DNA of 55,430 nucleotides, filler included, from Scyliorhinus canicula (taxonomy: Eukaryota): assembly GCF_902713615.1 (NCBI RefSeq). It is 3 parts of 3 records of this genome, joined end to end, with 100 filler letters (N's around TTAATTAATTAA, not from the genome) between each part and the next. Parts side by side here need not be neighbours in the genome. Positions count along the whole stretch, not along the records: positions 43,418 to 55,430 come from NC_052161.1; 2 more parts are not named here. One strand, written 5' to 3'. Below, piece after piece: positions 44,339 to 55,430 of this stretch. A model generated the notes under the pieces. It was given only the letters and a program-made list of their open reading frames with translations. It was not told the origin of the DNA and ran no database searches. A program made the position numbers and the translations under genes. Every line of letters begins with the position of its first letter. Within the stretch, counting starts at the first letter, position 1.

Positions 44339-47300
44339 TGTTAAACATTAACAAACAAAGGGTGGCACGGTGGTGCAGTGGTTAGCACTGCTTTCCTCAT
44401 GGCTCTGCAGTCCCGGGTTCGATCATGGCCCCGGGTAACTGTCCGTGTGTAGCTTGCACAATTTCCCCGTGCGTGCGTGGGCCTCACCCCCACAATTCAA
44501 AGATATGCAGGGTAGGTGGATTGGCCACACTAAATTTCCTCTTAATTTGAAAAAAAACGAATTGGATACTCTAAATTTAAAAAAAACCATTAACAAACTG
44601 TTTATTTATAACAAAAGTAAATGATGAACACGTAATGGAAATAATAGAACAGCGATCTACTAGTCTAACTATTCCCCCAAAGCCTGTTCCACCCTCCACC
44701 AGACACATACATGACAAACATACAGTAGGGAAAGGATTAAAATAACAGGGATTAAAAGGGTACGAGAGATTTGAGGATCTTTGCTGCTATGATTGAGGTC
44801 CTTGTAGGTGATGATCTCTTCAGAATGCAAGGTGTTCCAAATCATCAGTGAGTTTGGATCTGTTCGGGACTATCATCCATTAGAACTCCCAGACTGTAGG
44901 TCTTCCTCTGGGAAGCACCTTTACACAGGAGATTCAGGTCTGTGCAGTTCTTTCGTGTGACCACCAGGTGGACTCTGTCTCCCTGAGATATTACTGGAGT
45001 TTTCTACCTGAGAGTTTACAGCAGATTTGACATCTACTGCCTGCCTGGTCCATGTGCGGAGATTCTGGCTGTATTGTGAAGAGAGTTCTCAGACTGGGCT
45101 TTTCCCAACCAATCAGACAGAGGTTTAAACTGTTACGGACCTGGTGGGAGAATCTGATTGCAGCCTTTCAAGCCAATAGTCCCCTTCACAGGTCTGGCTA
45201 CTGCCTGCTGTCTTTTAAGTAGGAGTGACATCCACAGGTCTGGCAGAGAGAAAGCTGAGAGTGCCTTAAAGCTGATTCGGGCTTGGATCTTTCACAGAAC
45301 TGACAAATGGGGCTTGCTTATCCTGTTCCAGAAGTTTCTGAAAAGCTTAAAACCAACAGCAGGACAGGCATTAAAGGAGAAACACGAAACAGACCAGGAT
45401 TTTACCAAGTTCCTTACATACCTCAACCCCCCCCCCCCCCCAACTAAAAGAATGAAACGTCAGGACACAGACTCTTCATTCTGAGGTGCGCAAGACACAC
45501 AACACCCACACATATCTGTCCAAACTAGCTCCACTACAGATGTCATTTGCCCGTTTCGGCATTAGTAACTTTTAAACACATGACAAAATACTTGCAAACA
45601 CATTATCGCTTTCCAGAAATATAATAAGATTTTACAATGAAGAACTACTATATCAACTCAGAAAAATCTTGCGCTCTGGGTTTTGAATATCTCTGGAAAC
45701 GCAAGTAGTTAGCAGTTTAGAAATCTCCGGGGTGGCCAGCGTTGATTCATCCTCCAACATGGCCGTCGATCTCTCAGACTCTCCTTGGCGTTCTGTGGAC
45801 CGCAGCAGTTCTGTATGTTTCTGCAACATGTCCAACATGCATCGCCTCTCAGTCTCTAACTGAGCCAGTCTCTATGGTTTTAGTCGAGTCGGAGATGGCT
45901 TTGATGGTTCGAGGTTTTGGAGGCCCACAATAGGGATACTTAACAGAGTGACCCCTGGTGCTTCCATACATCTTTTTCTACACTCCTTTCGTGTCTTCAC
46001 TCGACCTGCCACCTTCTGTCCCTCAGGTAACACCAACAGTCCTCCCTAATGGTCTGATGAACTTTTACGCGGATTTTGAGGCTTTTCTGCAACCAGACTG
46101 CAAGTAGGATTGTCAACGCTGAAAGAAGTGTTGGGTCACTTTTAACCAATAGACTCTTCTCAACCCCATGAGGTTTACAGCCTCCCATGGCTTTCACAGG
46201 GCCACCTTCCGCAAGAAGGCCTGCTGAGGGGTCGATCCCCAGACAGTTTGGGTTTTCCTCATCTCTGGGGTTGCAAAACCACCACTGGATTCGCCATCCA
46301 CCGCCCCTTGAAAAGGATTGATGGCCAATTACTTCACCTTCCTGGCTATCTACCTCTGCTACCTCAAAGAGGTGCAGTAAACCTTCCAAAGGATGTGGGT
46401 CAAACAACCACTCACTTGGTATAACTGCCCAGTCCTTACTGTGCTTGTCCCGACTAACTGACGCAGTGCTGTCAGGTATACTTACCATCAGAGTAAGCTG
46501 CTCTGGGAACTTCTTCCACCTGAAGGGAATGGCAGTGGGGCTATCTGAAGAAGCGCTAACAAACGACCTTTTGGCAAGTCCACTTCACGTACCTCCTCCA
46601 GGTTACTAGTTCCTTGACTAGCTTTGGCAGAATTGTTCACCAATGGTCCAAGTTCAATTGGTGACGAATCTACTCGGTAACAACTGTCTATAATCGCATC
46701 ATAGTGAGACCCGAGATCAAAGTTAAGACTGTCGTCTGACTCTTCCTCCCTCTTACAACAACTATTCACCATCACTTCGTAACCGGGACCTAGGTCAAAG
46801 TTAATGTTCTATAAACGCATTCAAATGGTCATTGGATAGGCATATGGATGATAAGGGAGTAGTGTAGATGGGCATTAGAGGGATTTCACAGGTCGGCGCA
46901 ACATCGAGTGCCGAAGGGCCTGTACTGCGCTGTAATGTTCTATGCTCTATAAAACTTTCGCCTGACTTCTCCATATAACCACTCTTGCGACAACTGTTTA
47001 CCAGCACTTCATAATCAGAACCAAGTCAAACTCAAGACTCTTGTCCAATTCATTAGTCATACCATCACCGTGGGGTCTGAAAATGCTCGGACCTGGGTCA
47101 CTACCATGGCCACTTGAAGCTGCTCTTTCTTTGAGCCGTCTTCCTGCCCAATGAGTCACCCTAACTTCCGCATGTCCTTCAGTTGGCATTTCAGGGGCTA
47201 ACTGCAATACTTCCTTCGGACTCTCTGTAACCATGGGCGAAGCTACAACCTTCATTCCCGCTAATCGTTTCCCATAACTAAGTCTATTCCTTCCACTGGG

Positions 47301-49703
47301 AATTGTTTAACCATTCCAACAACTATCGGACCGGATACTAATTCACACTCTAACTGTACTTTATACAATGGAACCGGGATACAACTTCCACCTATCCCAT
47401 TTCGCTATATCTCCACTTTACTGAGCTCGAGGAAAGATCAAATCCTTCTCCAGCACAAGAGTGTGAATAGCCCCTTTGTCTCTTAAAATTGCTATGGGTT
47501 TGGCTACTTCTGTCGAGGAAAATGGGTGACTTTCCCTTAGACACAAAACTGGCATATCTCTCATCTGCCTCATTCTCTACACCTACTCCCACAGCAGCAT
47601 TCACCTTGGTCTTCTAAGTGCAGGTAAAGCTACCAACTGCCACCGTAGCATTCTCCACTTTCGCTCCCTTCTCAGAAACCCTCCTTTCGAATCCCCAGAA
47701 GTGCCATGGGTTTTCCCTGTAACTTCCAACATGCCGACTGAATATGGTCCCACCTTGTTACAATTTGGTGTAAAACCTAAGCTTCAAGTCTGACGTCCAC
47801 CCCAGAACCTCCTTTCTGGTCTGAGGTGGAGATCACGGAGCCTTCAACGCTATCCATTCCTATCATGGCGACCCCGCCGTCCTCTCACTCCCCCCATCCA
47901 CTCCCATCCTTTTCAAAATGATGGGGGAAATGGAACAAAGGTTTAAATTTATCGATTAGCTCTTAATCACTCAGCCCTAATTGCTGGTTTGCCAAGCAGT
48001 TTGTACCCTCTCAACATGGGTTCTTATTGTCAAAGTAAGAAATTCTTAAACTCCTGTAGAGAATGACCTCTCTCAGAGCCTCATAGGCTAGTCGCAACTC
48101 CACTGCTCACACACATCTATTAAAATTCTTCTGCTTAATCCTTTCAACCTCTTCACAAGTCTGTCCTTGCAGTCTCTTCAGATTCGAGGATTTTTTGCTA
48201 ATATGCTTCGGGAACAATTAATATATCCGTCCAGATGGCCTTTTTTACTGTGTCAAAATCTCTAAAGTCCTGCTCTGACAAGGTGGCATAAACTTCCTGT
48301 TCCCTCCCTGTCAACATACTCTGTAGGGGTAATGTCCACTTCTCTTTTAGCCACTCCACTTGGGTTGCTAGTTTCTCGAAAGCCCAAAAGAACGTTTCTA
48401 CTTTTTTCTCTTCAAATTCCAGGAGAGCCTGTATAAATTTAAACACATCACCACTGAGTTCTGTTCTAGGACTAAGCTCCCCTCCACGTTCTGACAGCTT
48501 TCCATTCTGTGCCAGCATCACAAGCTGGAATTCTCTCTCCCTTTCTTCTCTCTCTTTCCCGTTCACTTTCTCTTCTCTCATGTTCTTTACCCTCTCTTTC
48601 TCATCCTCTCTTCTCTCATTGTCTTCATCCTCTCTTTTCTATTCTCTCATTTTCTTTATCCTCTCTCCCATCCTCTCTTCTCTAATTTTCTTTATCCTCT
48701 CCCTTTCCCATTCTCTCTCCTCTCGTTTTCTTTATCCTCACTTTCCCATTCTCTCTCTCTCTTTCTTGTCTCCCTTGCTCTCTCTTTCCTCTCTCTTCAT
48801 TTCCATTTCTTTCTGTTTCATCTCAATTTTCCTTAACTCCCTTTTATCCTCCAACTGCCACCGAGTTTCCCGACCAGAAGTCTCTGATGCTACACTCGCT
48901 CATCGGCTTCCCTGGATTCTGGCACCGTTAAATGTTTAGCAATCGATCGCATACACTGCCCTCCGCTTTCACAGCTTTAGCTGGTACCCATTTTTTTTTC
49001 CAATTAAGGGGTAATTTAGCGTGGCCAATTCGCCTACGCTGCACATCTTTAGGTTGTGGGGGTGAGACCCACACAGACACGGGGAGAATGTGCAAACTCC
49101 ACACATTGACCCGGGGCCAGGATCGAATATGGTTTCTCGATGCCAAGAGGCAGGCACTGCTAACCACTAGCATCAAGTGCCTCGGTACCACCATTTTTAA
49201 TGCACCTGCCAACTTGACAAGTTAGTGAATTATGTGTGAAACCCCAATAGTGAACCGGCTGACGGCTTCCCACCTGGAGAAATTGGTTGGCAGCAAATCG
49301 GAGGGGGCATCCACAGGTCTGGGCAGCTCTTTAATCGACTGGCAGCCAAAAAGATGAGAGTGCCTTAAAACTGCTTCAGGCTTGAATCTTTCACAGGACC
49401 GACAAAATGGGCATTGCTTCTCCTGTTCCAGAAGTTTCTGAAAAGCTCCACCAATCCCAAACAAGAATTGGTCCAAGGCCCGGATTCAAACCAGTTGATT
49501 GGCTGCTTGCAAGTCCATCCACATGACATCACGGGACTCTGCCACACCGCATATGAATCAGAGGGGATTTGCCGAATCAGTCCAGGTTTGTCAGCGATGG
49601 GGTATCAGTTCATACCCAAAGATCCATGATTTTAAAACAGGCTAGGAATGCAGGCATGAAATGAGAAACAAGAAACAGACCAGGATTTCAACAAGTCCTT
49701 ACA
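44339..49703 (-). mobile_element. Decayed Gypsy (Gmr1-like Gag) LTR retroelement with nested SINE and CR1 insertions
   Basis: TG...CA termini with a 4-bp TSD CTCC (44335-44338, 49704-49707). LTRs at 44339-45418 and about 48926-49703; G-tract PPT at 45419-45441; PBS-like site at about 48908-48925. Gag motifs VETFFWAFEKLA...WTLPLQSMLTG...VPEAY, a broken CX2CX4HX4C knuckle at about 47720-47780, and a protease ILRDKGA...GIGG...LVSGP. Nested: SINE 44360-44586 (TSD CATTAACAAAC), CR1 tail about 46805-46950, SINE about 48981-49170. Confidence 0.88.
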
Positions 49704-50466
49704 CTCCCACTGTATACAATCCCAATGAACCCAAAACCCTTCCCATTCACTCCCACTGTACACAATCCCAATGAACCCAACCCCTTCCCGTTCACTCCCA
49801 CTGTACACAATCCCAATGGACCCAACCCCCTTCCCATTCACTCCCACTTACACAATCCCAATGGACCCAAACCCCTTCCCGTTCACCTCCCACTATATTG
49901 CAATCCCATGGACCCAAACCTCTTACGGTTCACTCCCACTGTACACAACCCCAATAGACACCAAATCCCTTCCCGTTCACTCCCACTATATACAATCCCA
50001 ATGGACCCAAATCCCTTCCCATTCACTACCCACTGTACACAATCCCAATGGACCTAAACCCCGTCCCATTCACTCCCACTGTACACAATCCCAATGGACC
50101 CAAACCCCTTCCCCTTCACTCCCACTGTACACAATCCCAATGGACCCAAACCCCTTTGCATTCACCCCCACTGTACACAAACCCAATGGACCCAAACCCC
50201 TTCCCCTTCACTCCCACTGTAACAATCTCAATGGACCCGAACCCCTTCCCATTCACCCCCACTGTACACAATCCCAATGGACCCAAACCCCTTTGCATTC
50301 ACCCCCACTGTACACAAAACCAATGGACCCAAACCCCTTCCCCATTCACCCCCACTATACACAATCCCAATGGACCCAAACCCCTTCCCATTCACTTCCA
50401 CTCACACAATCCCAATGTAGCTAAACTTTTTCCCATTCTCCCCCATTGTACACAATCCCAATGGAG

Positions 50467-50692
50467 TGGCGGCACGGTGGCACAGTGGTTACCACTACTA
50501 CCTCACAGCGTGGAGGACGAGGGTTCGATACCGGCCCTGGGTCACTGTCCGTATGGAGTTTGCACATTTACGCCGTGTCTGCGTGGGTCTCACCCCCACA
50601 ACTCCAAGATGTGCAGGTTAGGTGGACTGGCCATGATAAATTGCCCCTTCATTGGAAAAAAAATAATTGAATACTCTAAATCTATTTTTAAA
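50467..50692 (+). mobile_element. tRNA-derived SINE inserted in the 46-bp array
   Basis: Head GGCGGCACGGTGGCACAGTGGTT...GGTTCGATACC, same family as 44360-44586. Confidence 0.85.
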
Positions 50693-51823
50693 AAGCACAA
50701 TCCCAATGAACCCAAACCCTTCTTGTTCACTCCCACTGTACACAATCCCAATGGGCCCAGACCCCTTCCCATTCACTCCCACTGTACACAATCCCAATGG
50801 ACCCAAACCCCTTCCCGTCACTCCCACTGTACACAATCCCAATGGATCCAAACCCCTTCCCGTTCACTCCCACTGTACACCAATCCCATGGGCCCAGACC
50901 CCTTCCCATTCACTCCCACTGTACACAACCAATGGATTCCAAACCCCTTCCCATTCACTCCCACTGTACCAATCCCAATGGACCCCAACACCTTCCCGTT
51001 CACTCCACTGTACACAATCCCAATGGACCCAAACCACTCTTCCCGTTCACTCCCACTGTACAACAATCCCAATGGGCCCAAACCCCTTCCCATTCACTCC
51101 CACTGTACACAATCCCAATGGATCCAAACCCCTTCCCATTCACTCCCACTGTACACAATCCCAATGGATCCAAACCCCTTCCCATTCACTCCCACTGTAC
51201 ACAAATCCCAATGGACCCAAAACCCCTTCCCGTTCATCCCACTGTACACAATCCCAATGGGCCAAACCCCTTCCCATTCACTCCACTGTACACAATCCAA
51301 TGGGCCCAAACCCCTTCCCATTCACTCCAACTGTACACAATCCCAATGGGCCCAAACCCCTTTCCCATTCACTTCCCACTGTACACAATCCCAATGGCCC
51401 AAACCCCTTCCCATTCACTCCCACTCTACACAATCCCAATGGGGCCCAAACCCCTTCCATTCCCTCCCACTGTACACAATCCCAATGGCCCAAACCCCTT
51501 CCCATTCACTCCCACTGTAAGCAACAATCCAATGGAGCCAAACCCCTTCCCATTCACTCCAACTGTACACAATCCCAATGGACCCAAACCCCCTTCCCAT
51601 TCACTCCAACTGTACACAATCCCAATGGCCCAAACCCCTTCCCGTTCACCTCCCACTGTACACAATCCCAATGGACCCAAACCGCTTCCCAGGTCACTCC
51701 CACTCTACCCAATCCCAATGGTCCAAATCTCATTCCAGTTCCACTCCCATGGTGTGGGGTTCTCGGTAGTCTGTTTTGATGATTGGATCCCTGGATTGCG
51801 TCCCCCTGCCCATTTTTTTCCAG

Positions 51824-51875
51824 ATGATGATCATACTTGGTGGAATCTGCGCGATTATTGTCATCGTAATCATCA
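51824..51875 (+). CDS. VAMP1/VAMP2: Synaptobrevin (VAMP1/VAMP2) transmembrane exon
   Basis: 52-nt exon TTTTTTTCCAG|MMIILGGICAIIVIVII+A|GTACGT. Sequence and phase match the VAMP1/2 transmembrane exon. Confidence 0.88.
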
Positions 51876-52486
51876 GTACGTATCAACGGACTGGGTGTGG
51901 TGGTGGGAGAAGGGAAATGACCAGGGTGGGCAGTATCCGGGGGGGGGGGGGGGTCCCACGGCAGGACAGGAAGCGGGATGGTGGTGGGCGGGGGACAGGC
52001 GTCGGTGCGGGGATTTATCAGCCAATTTGTCTGTACAAGGCCCATGAAGGTGTCCATGCCTCAAGGGAATGAGAGAGATTCAGAGGATTGACACCTGACA
52101 CAAGGGGGTGGTCCCATTAGGAGAGATGGCTTTGAAGGCTGATGAGGCCCCTCGGGTCTCGAAACCCGGCTGGTTCGAACACGCAAGGGACTTTGTTTCA
52201 CAGTCTGGGAGTGCGAGTAGGGCGGCCATTTCGGCAACTGAGGCAAGGAGGGATTCTTCCTCCAGAGGCCACTCGTGTCATGTTGATCTCAAGGCTGAGG
52301 TCTCTGGAGCACGGAGCGAGACAGGCTGGGGCTGAATGGCCACATTGGTCACCTTCTTATTGAAGGGCAGGGAGGGAGGGGGGGGGTGGTGGCTGTCTTC
52401 GAGCGGGCTGAATGGCCTCAGCCTGATCTCTCTCTCTCTTATTGCAATTTCTCACTCTTTCTCTTGTCTTTCTCTCTCCTGCACAG

Positions 52487-52503
52487 TCTATTTCTTCACT
52501 TGA
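52487..52503 (+). CDS. VAMP1/VAMP2: Synaptobrevin final coding exon (I)YFFT-stop, followed by a probable 3' UTR
   Basis: Long polypyrimidine tract ending CAG, then TC TAT TTC TTC ACT TGA. Joined C-terminus MMIILGGICAIIVIVIIIYFFT; YFFT is VAMP1-like and MMIILG is VAMP2-like. SNARE-domain exons are not in the window. Confidence 0.85.
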
Positions 52504-53591
52504 GGAGGTCACCAAGCAACGACGAGGGACGTTATCTTCCCCCCCTCTCCCCGATTCCACCCTGCCCCCGTCTCTCACCGAAGAATCTACAGACGAAAAT
52601 TTCTTCTCCTGTCCCCAAGCACTTTGTGTTTTCGTGTTAAGGGGACGCATGTCCCTTTGTTTTATACATACGTATATATATATATATATATATCGATGTG
52701 ATTGTCACTGTGTAGATTGGGTTTACGTTTTAGAATTTGATTTTTAAGCATTTCGGATGTGCTCTTCTCTCTCTCCTTCCCTCTCCCTCCTTTCCCCCCC
52801 TCTCTGTCTCTTTGTGCTCCATATTTCTCTCCCCCACTTCCTCCTCTCTCGACCTCCCTCTGTCCCTTTCTCCCCTCACTCTTTCTATTCCCCCTGTTCT
52901 TTTTCTCCCTCCCTCTCTCTGTTCCTTTCTCTCTCCCTGTCCCTCTCCCTCCCTCCATTCCTCTCTTTCCCTCCCTTCCATTGCCCTAAATAGGCCAACA
53001 GCCAAATCTATGAGGGGACTTTGTACCTTTTGCCCCACTGCCCCATCCCAACCCCCTCGACCCCACCACAGCTTCCCACTCACTCCCTACTCTCCCACCC
53101 TTCTGCCCTCCTTCCCTCCATCCTGCACTCCCTCATTCCCTTACTCCCCTCAGTCCCTCCCTCCTTCATCTCCTTCCCTTACTCCCTCCTTCCCTCACCG
53201 TCGCCCTCCTTCATCACTCCCTCCTTACCTCACTCCCCCGTTCCCTCACTCCCTCATCCCCCACCCACCCACTGAGGGCAGTGCCCCTCCTGACCGTACC
53301 TCCTCCCCCGAACCTCGGAAGCGTCTGTTCCCCATCACTGTGGGTGAGGGGGTCCAGGTTACTACTTACTCGTCAGGGGCGGGGTGAAGAGGGAGAATCG
53401 CCCGACCTCCATTGATTGGCCGGAATCAGTAACCAATTGCTCTCCAGTCATTCCTGGGAGGGGGAGAGGCAAAGAGGGAGAGGTAGGTTCTCCCAATTGG
53501 GGAGAAAAGGGGGCAGAGAGGGTGACAGACATAGTGAGAGTGAGACAGAGAGAATGAAAGAGACAGAGAGAGAGACAAAGTGAGACAGAGA

Positions 53592-53778
53592 GAATGAATG
53601 AAATGAAAATCGCTTATTGTCACGAGTAGGCTTCAAATGAAGTTACTGTGAAAAGCCCCTAATCGCCACATTCCGGCGCCAGTTCAGGGCGGCTGGTATG
53701 GGAATTGAACCGTGCTGCTGGCCTGCCTTGGTCTGCTTTAAAAGCCAGCGATTTAGCCCAGTGTGCTAAACCAGCTCC
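53592..53778 (-). mobile_element. Full-length (CATTT)-tail SINE
   Basis: Reverse complement begins GGAGCTGGTTTAGCACACTGGGCTAAATCGCTGGC; matches 32793-32968. Confidence 0.85.
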
Positions 53779-54299
53779 AGAATGAAAGACAGAGTGAGAC
53801 AGAGAGAATGAAAGAGACAGAGAGAAAGAGAGAATGAAAAAGACAGAGAGAGAATGAAAGAGACAGAGAGACAGAGAGAGAATGATTATGCGACTCTTGG
53901 ACAGACACATGGACAGCAGTAAATTGAAGGGGTGGAGGTTAGGTTGATCTTAGATTAGGATAAGTGGTCGGCACTGTGCTGTTATTGTTCTATGTTCGAT
54001 GAAAGAGAGAATCACAGAGACGGAGTGTGTGGGGGATACAGAGAGAGAGAGAGAGATCTCTGGTCCCAAGTCCTGGCTCCTCCCCACCCTATGGGTAGCT
54101 TGGAAGTGCAAGTGCTGAGGTCGAGTGGAGGATGTTTTGGGGATTTGATGGACGCCCCCCTTCCCCTCAAAACATTAAGAGCAGAGATAATTTCCCTCCA
54201 GCCCCCTGCCTGCCGCACCCGGGGGGTGGGGGACCCCCACACTATCGCCCCTGCCTCAGAATCTCCCCAATCCCTCCCTTCACAACTTTCCCCAAAGCC

Positions 54300-55430
54300 C
54301 CCCACCTCAACTCCCCCAAACCCCTCTCCTCACAACTCTCCCCCAACCCCCTCTCCTCACAACTTTCCCCAAACCCCTCTCCTCACAACTCTCCCCAAAC
54401 CCCTCTCCTCACAACTCTCTCCAAACCCCTCTCCTCACAACTCTCTCCAAACCCCTCTCCTCACAACTCTCTCCAAACCCCTCTCCTCACAACCTCCCCA
54501 AACCCCTCTCCTCACAACTCTCCCCAAACCCCCACCTCAACTCTCCCCAAACCCCTCTCCTCACAACTCTCCCCAAACACCCCACCTCAACTCTCCCCAA
54601 ACCCCTCTCCTCACAACTCTCCCCAAACCGATCTCCTCACAACTTTCCCAAACCCCTCTCCTCACAACTCTCCCCAAACCCCTCCTCACAACTCTCCCCA
54701 AACCCCTCTCCTCACAACTTTCCCCAAACCCCCACCTCAACTCTCCCCAAACCCTCTCCTCACAACTCTCCCAAACCCCTCTCCTCACAACTCTCCCAAA
54801 CCCCTCTCCTCACAACTTTCCCCAAACCCCCCTCCTTACAACTCTCCCCCCAAACCCCTCTCCTCACAACTCTCCCCAAACCCCACCTCACAACTCTCCC
54901 CAAACCCCTCTCCTCACAACTTTCCCCAAAGCCCCCACCTCAACTCTCCCCAAACCCCACCTCACAACTCTCCCAAACCCCTCTCCTCACAACTCTCCCA
55001 AAACCCTCTCCTCACAACTCTCCCCAAACCCCACCTCACAACTCTCCCCACAACCCCACCTCACAACTCTCCCCCAAACCCCACCTCACAACTCTCCCCA
55101 AACCCCTCTCCTCACACGTCTCTCCCAAAACCCCTCTCCTCACAACTCTCCCCAAATCCCCCTCCTTACAACACTCACCCAAACCCCACCTCACAACTTT
55201 CCCCAAACCCCCCACCTCACAACTCTCCCCAAACCCCACCTCACAACTCTCCCCAAAACCCCTCTCTCCACAACTCTCCCAAACCCCTCTCCCACAACTC
55301 CTCCCCAAACCCCTCTCCTCACAACTCTCCCCAAACCCCTCTCCTCACAACTCTCCCCAAACCCCCCCTCCCTTACAACACTCCCCAAACCCCTCCCTTA
55401 CAAATCTCCTCAAACCCCCCACCTCACAAC
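54300..55430. repeat. ~26-bp C/A-rich minisatellite CCCCAAACCCCTCTCCTCACAACTCT
   Basis: Periodicity is visible directly to the end of the window. Confidence 0.93.

Larger units (their letters stand above)
43418..51740. repeat. 46-bp minisatellite CCCACTGTACACAATCCCAATGGACCCAAACCCCTTCCCGTTCACT, in three segments (43418-44338, 49704-50466, 50693-51740)
   Basis: The same unit lies on both sides of the LTR element and of the SINE at 50467-50692. Confidence 0.95.

Noticed and set aside
25942-55430. Regular repeat arrays as possible CRISPR arrays
   Set aside because: No unique spacers, eukaryotic intronic context, no cas genes.

Overview
Vertebrate genomic DNA, most likely a shark: the HE1-type and other tRNA-derived SINEs, CR1 and L2 LINEs and Penelope relics fit an elasmobranch (inference). 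Two artificial spacers (N44-TTAATTAATTAA-N44, at 22399-22498 and 43318-43417) cut the window into three blocks. Block 1 (1-22.4 kb) holds the edge of a T-cell receptor alpha/delta V array: two intact V segments with leader exons and 23-type RSSs on +, and one inverted V pseudogene on -. A tandemly duplicated tRNA array follows (Val, Arg-ACG, and tRNA-Pro carrying an 18-nt intron at the canonical 37/38 site), then an internally deleted CR1. Block 2 (22.5-43.3 kb) holds exons 2-5 of a PCOLCE-type tandem-CUB gene whose introns are filled with minisatellites. Block 3 (43.4-55.4 kb) holds a 46-bp minisatellite interrupted by a decayed Gypsy LTR element, then the last two coding exons of a VAMP1/2 synaptobrevin. 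All the very long ORFs in the track are minisatellite translations. The strongest candidates for something new are the intron-bearing tRNA-Pro family, the anticodon-switching Val cassettes beside the TCR V cluster, and satellites seeded from a splice donor and from L2 coding sequence. I found no complete novel protein-coding system.
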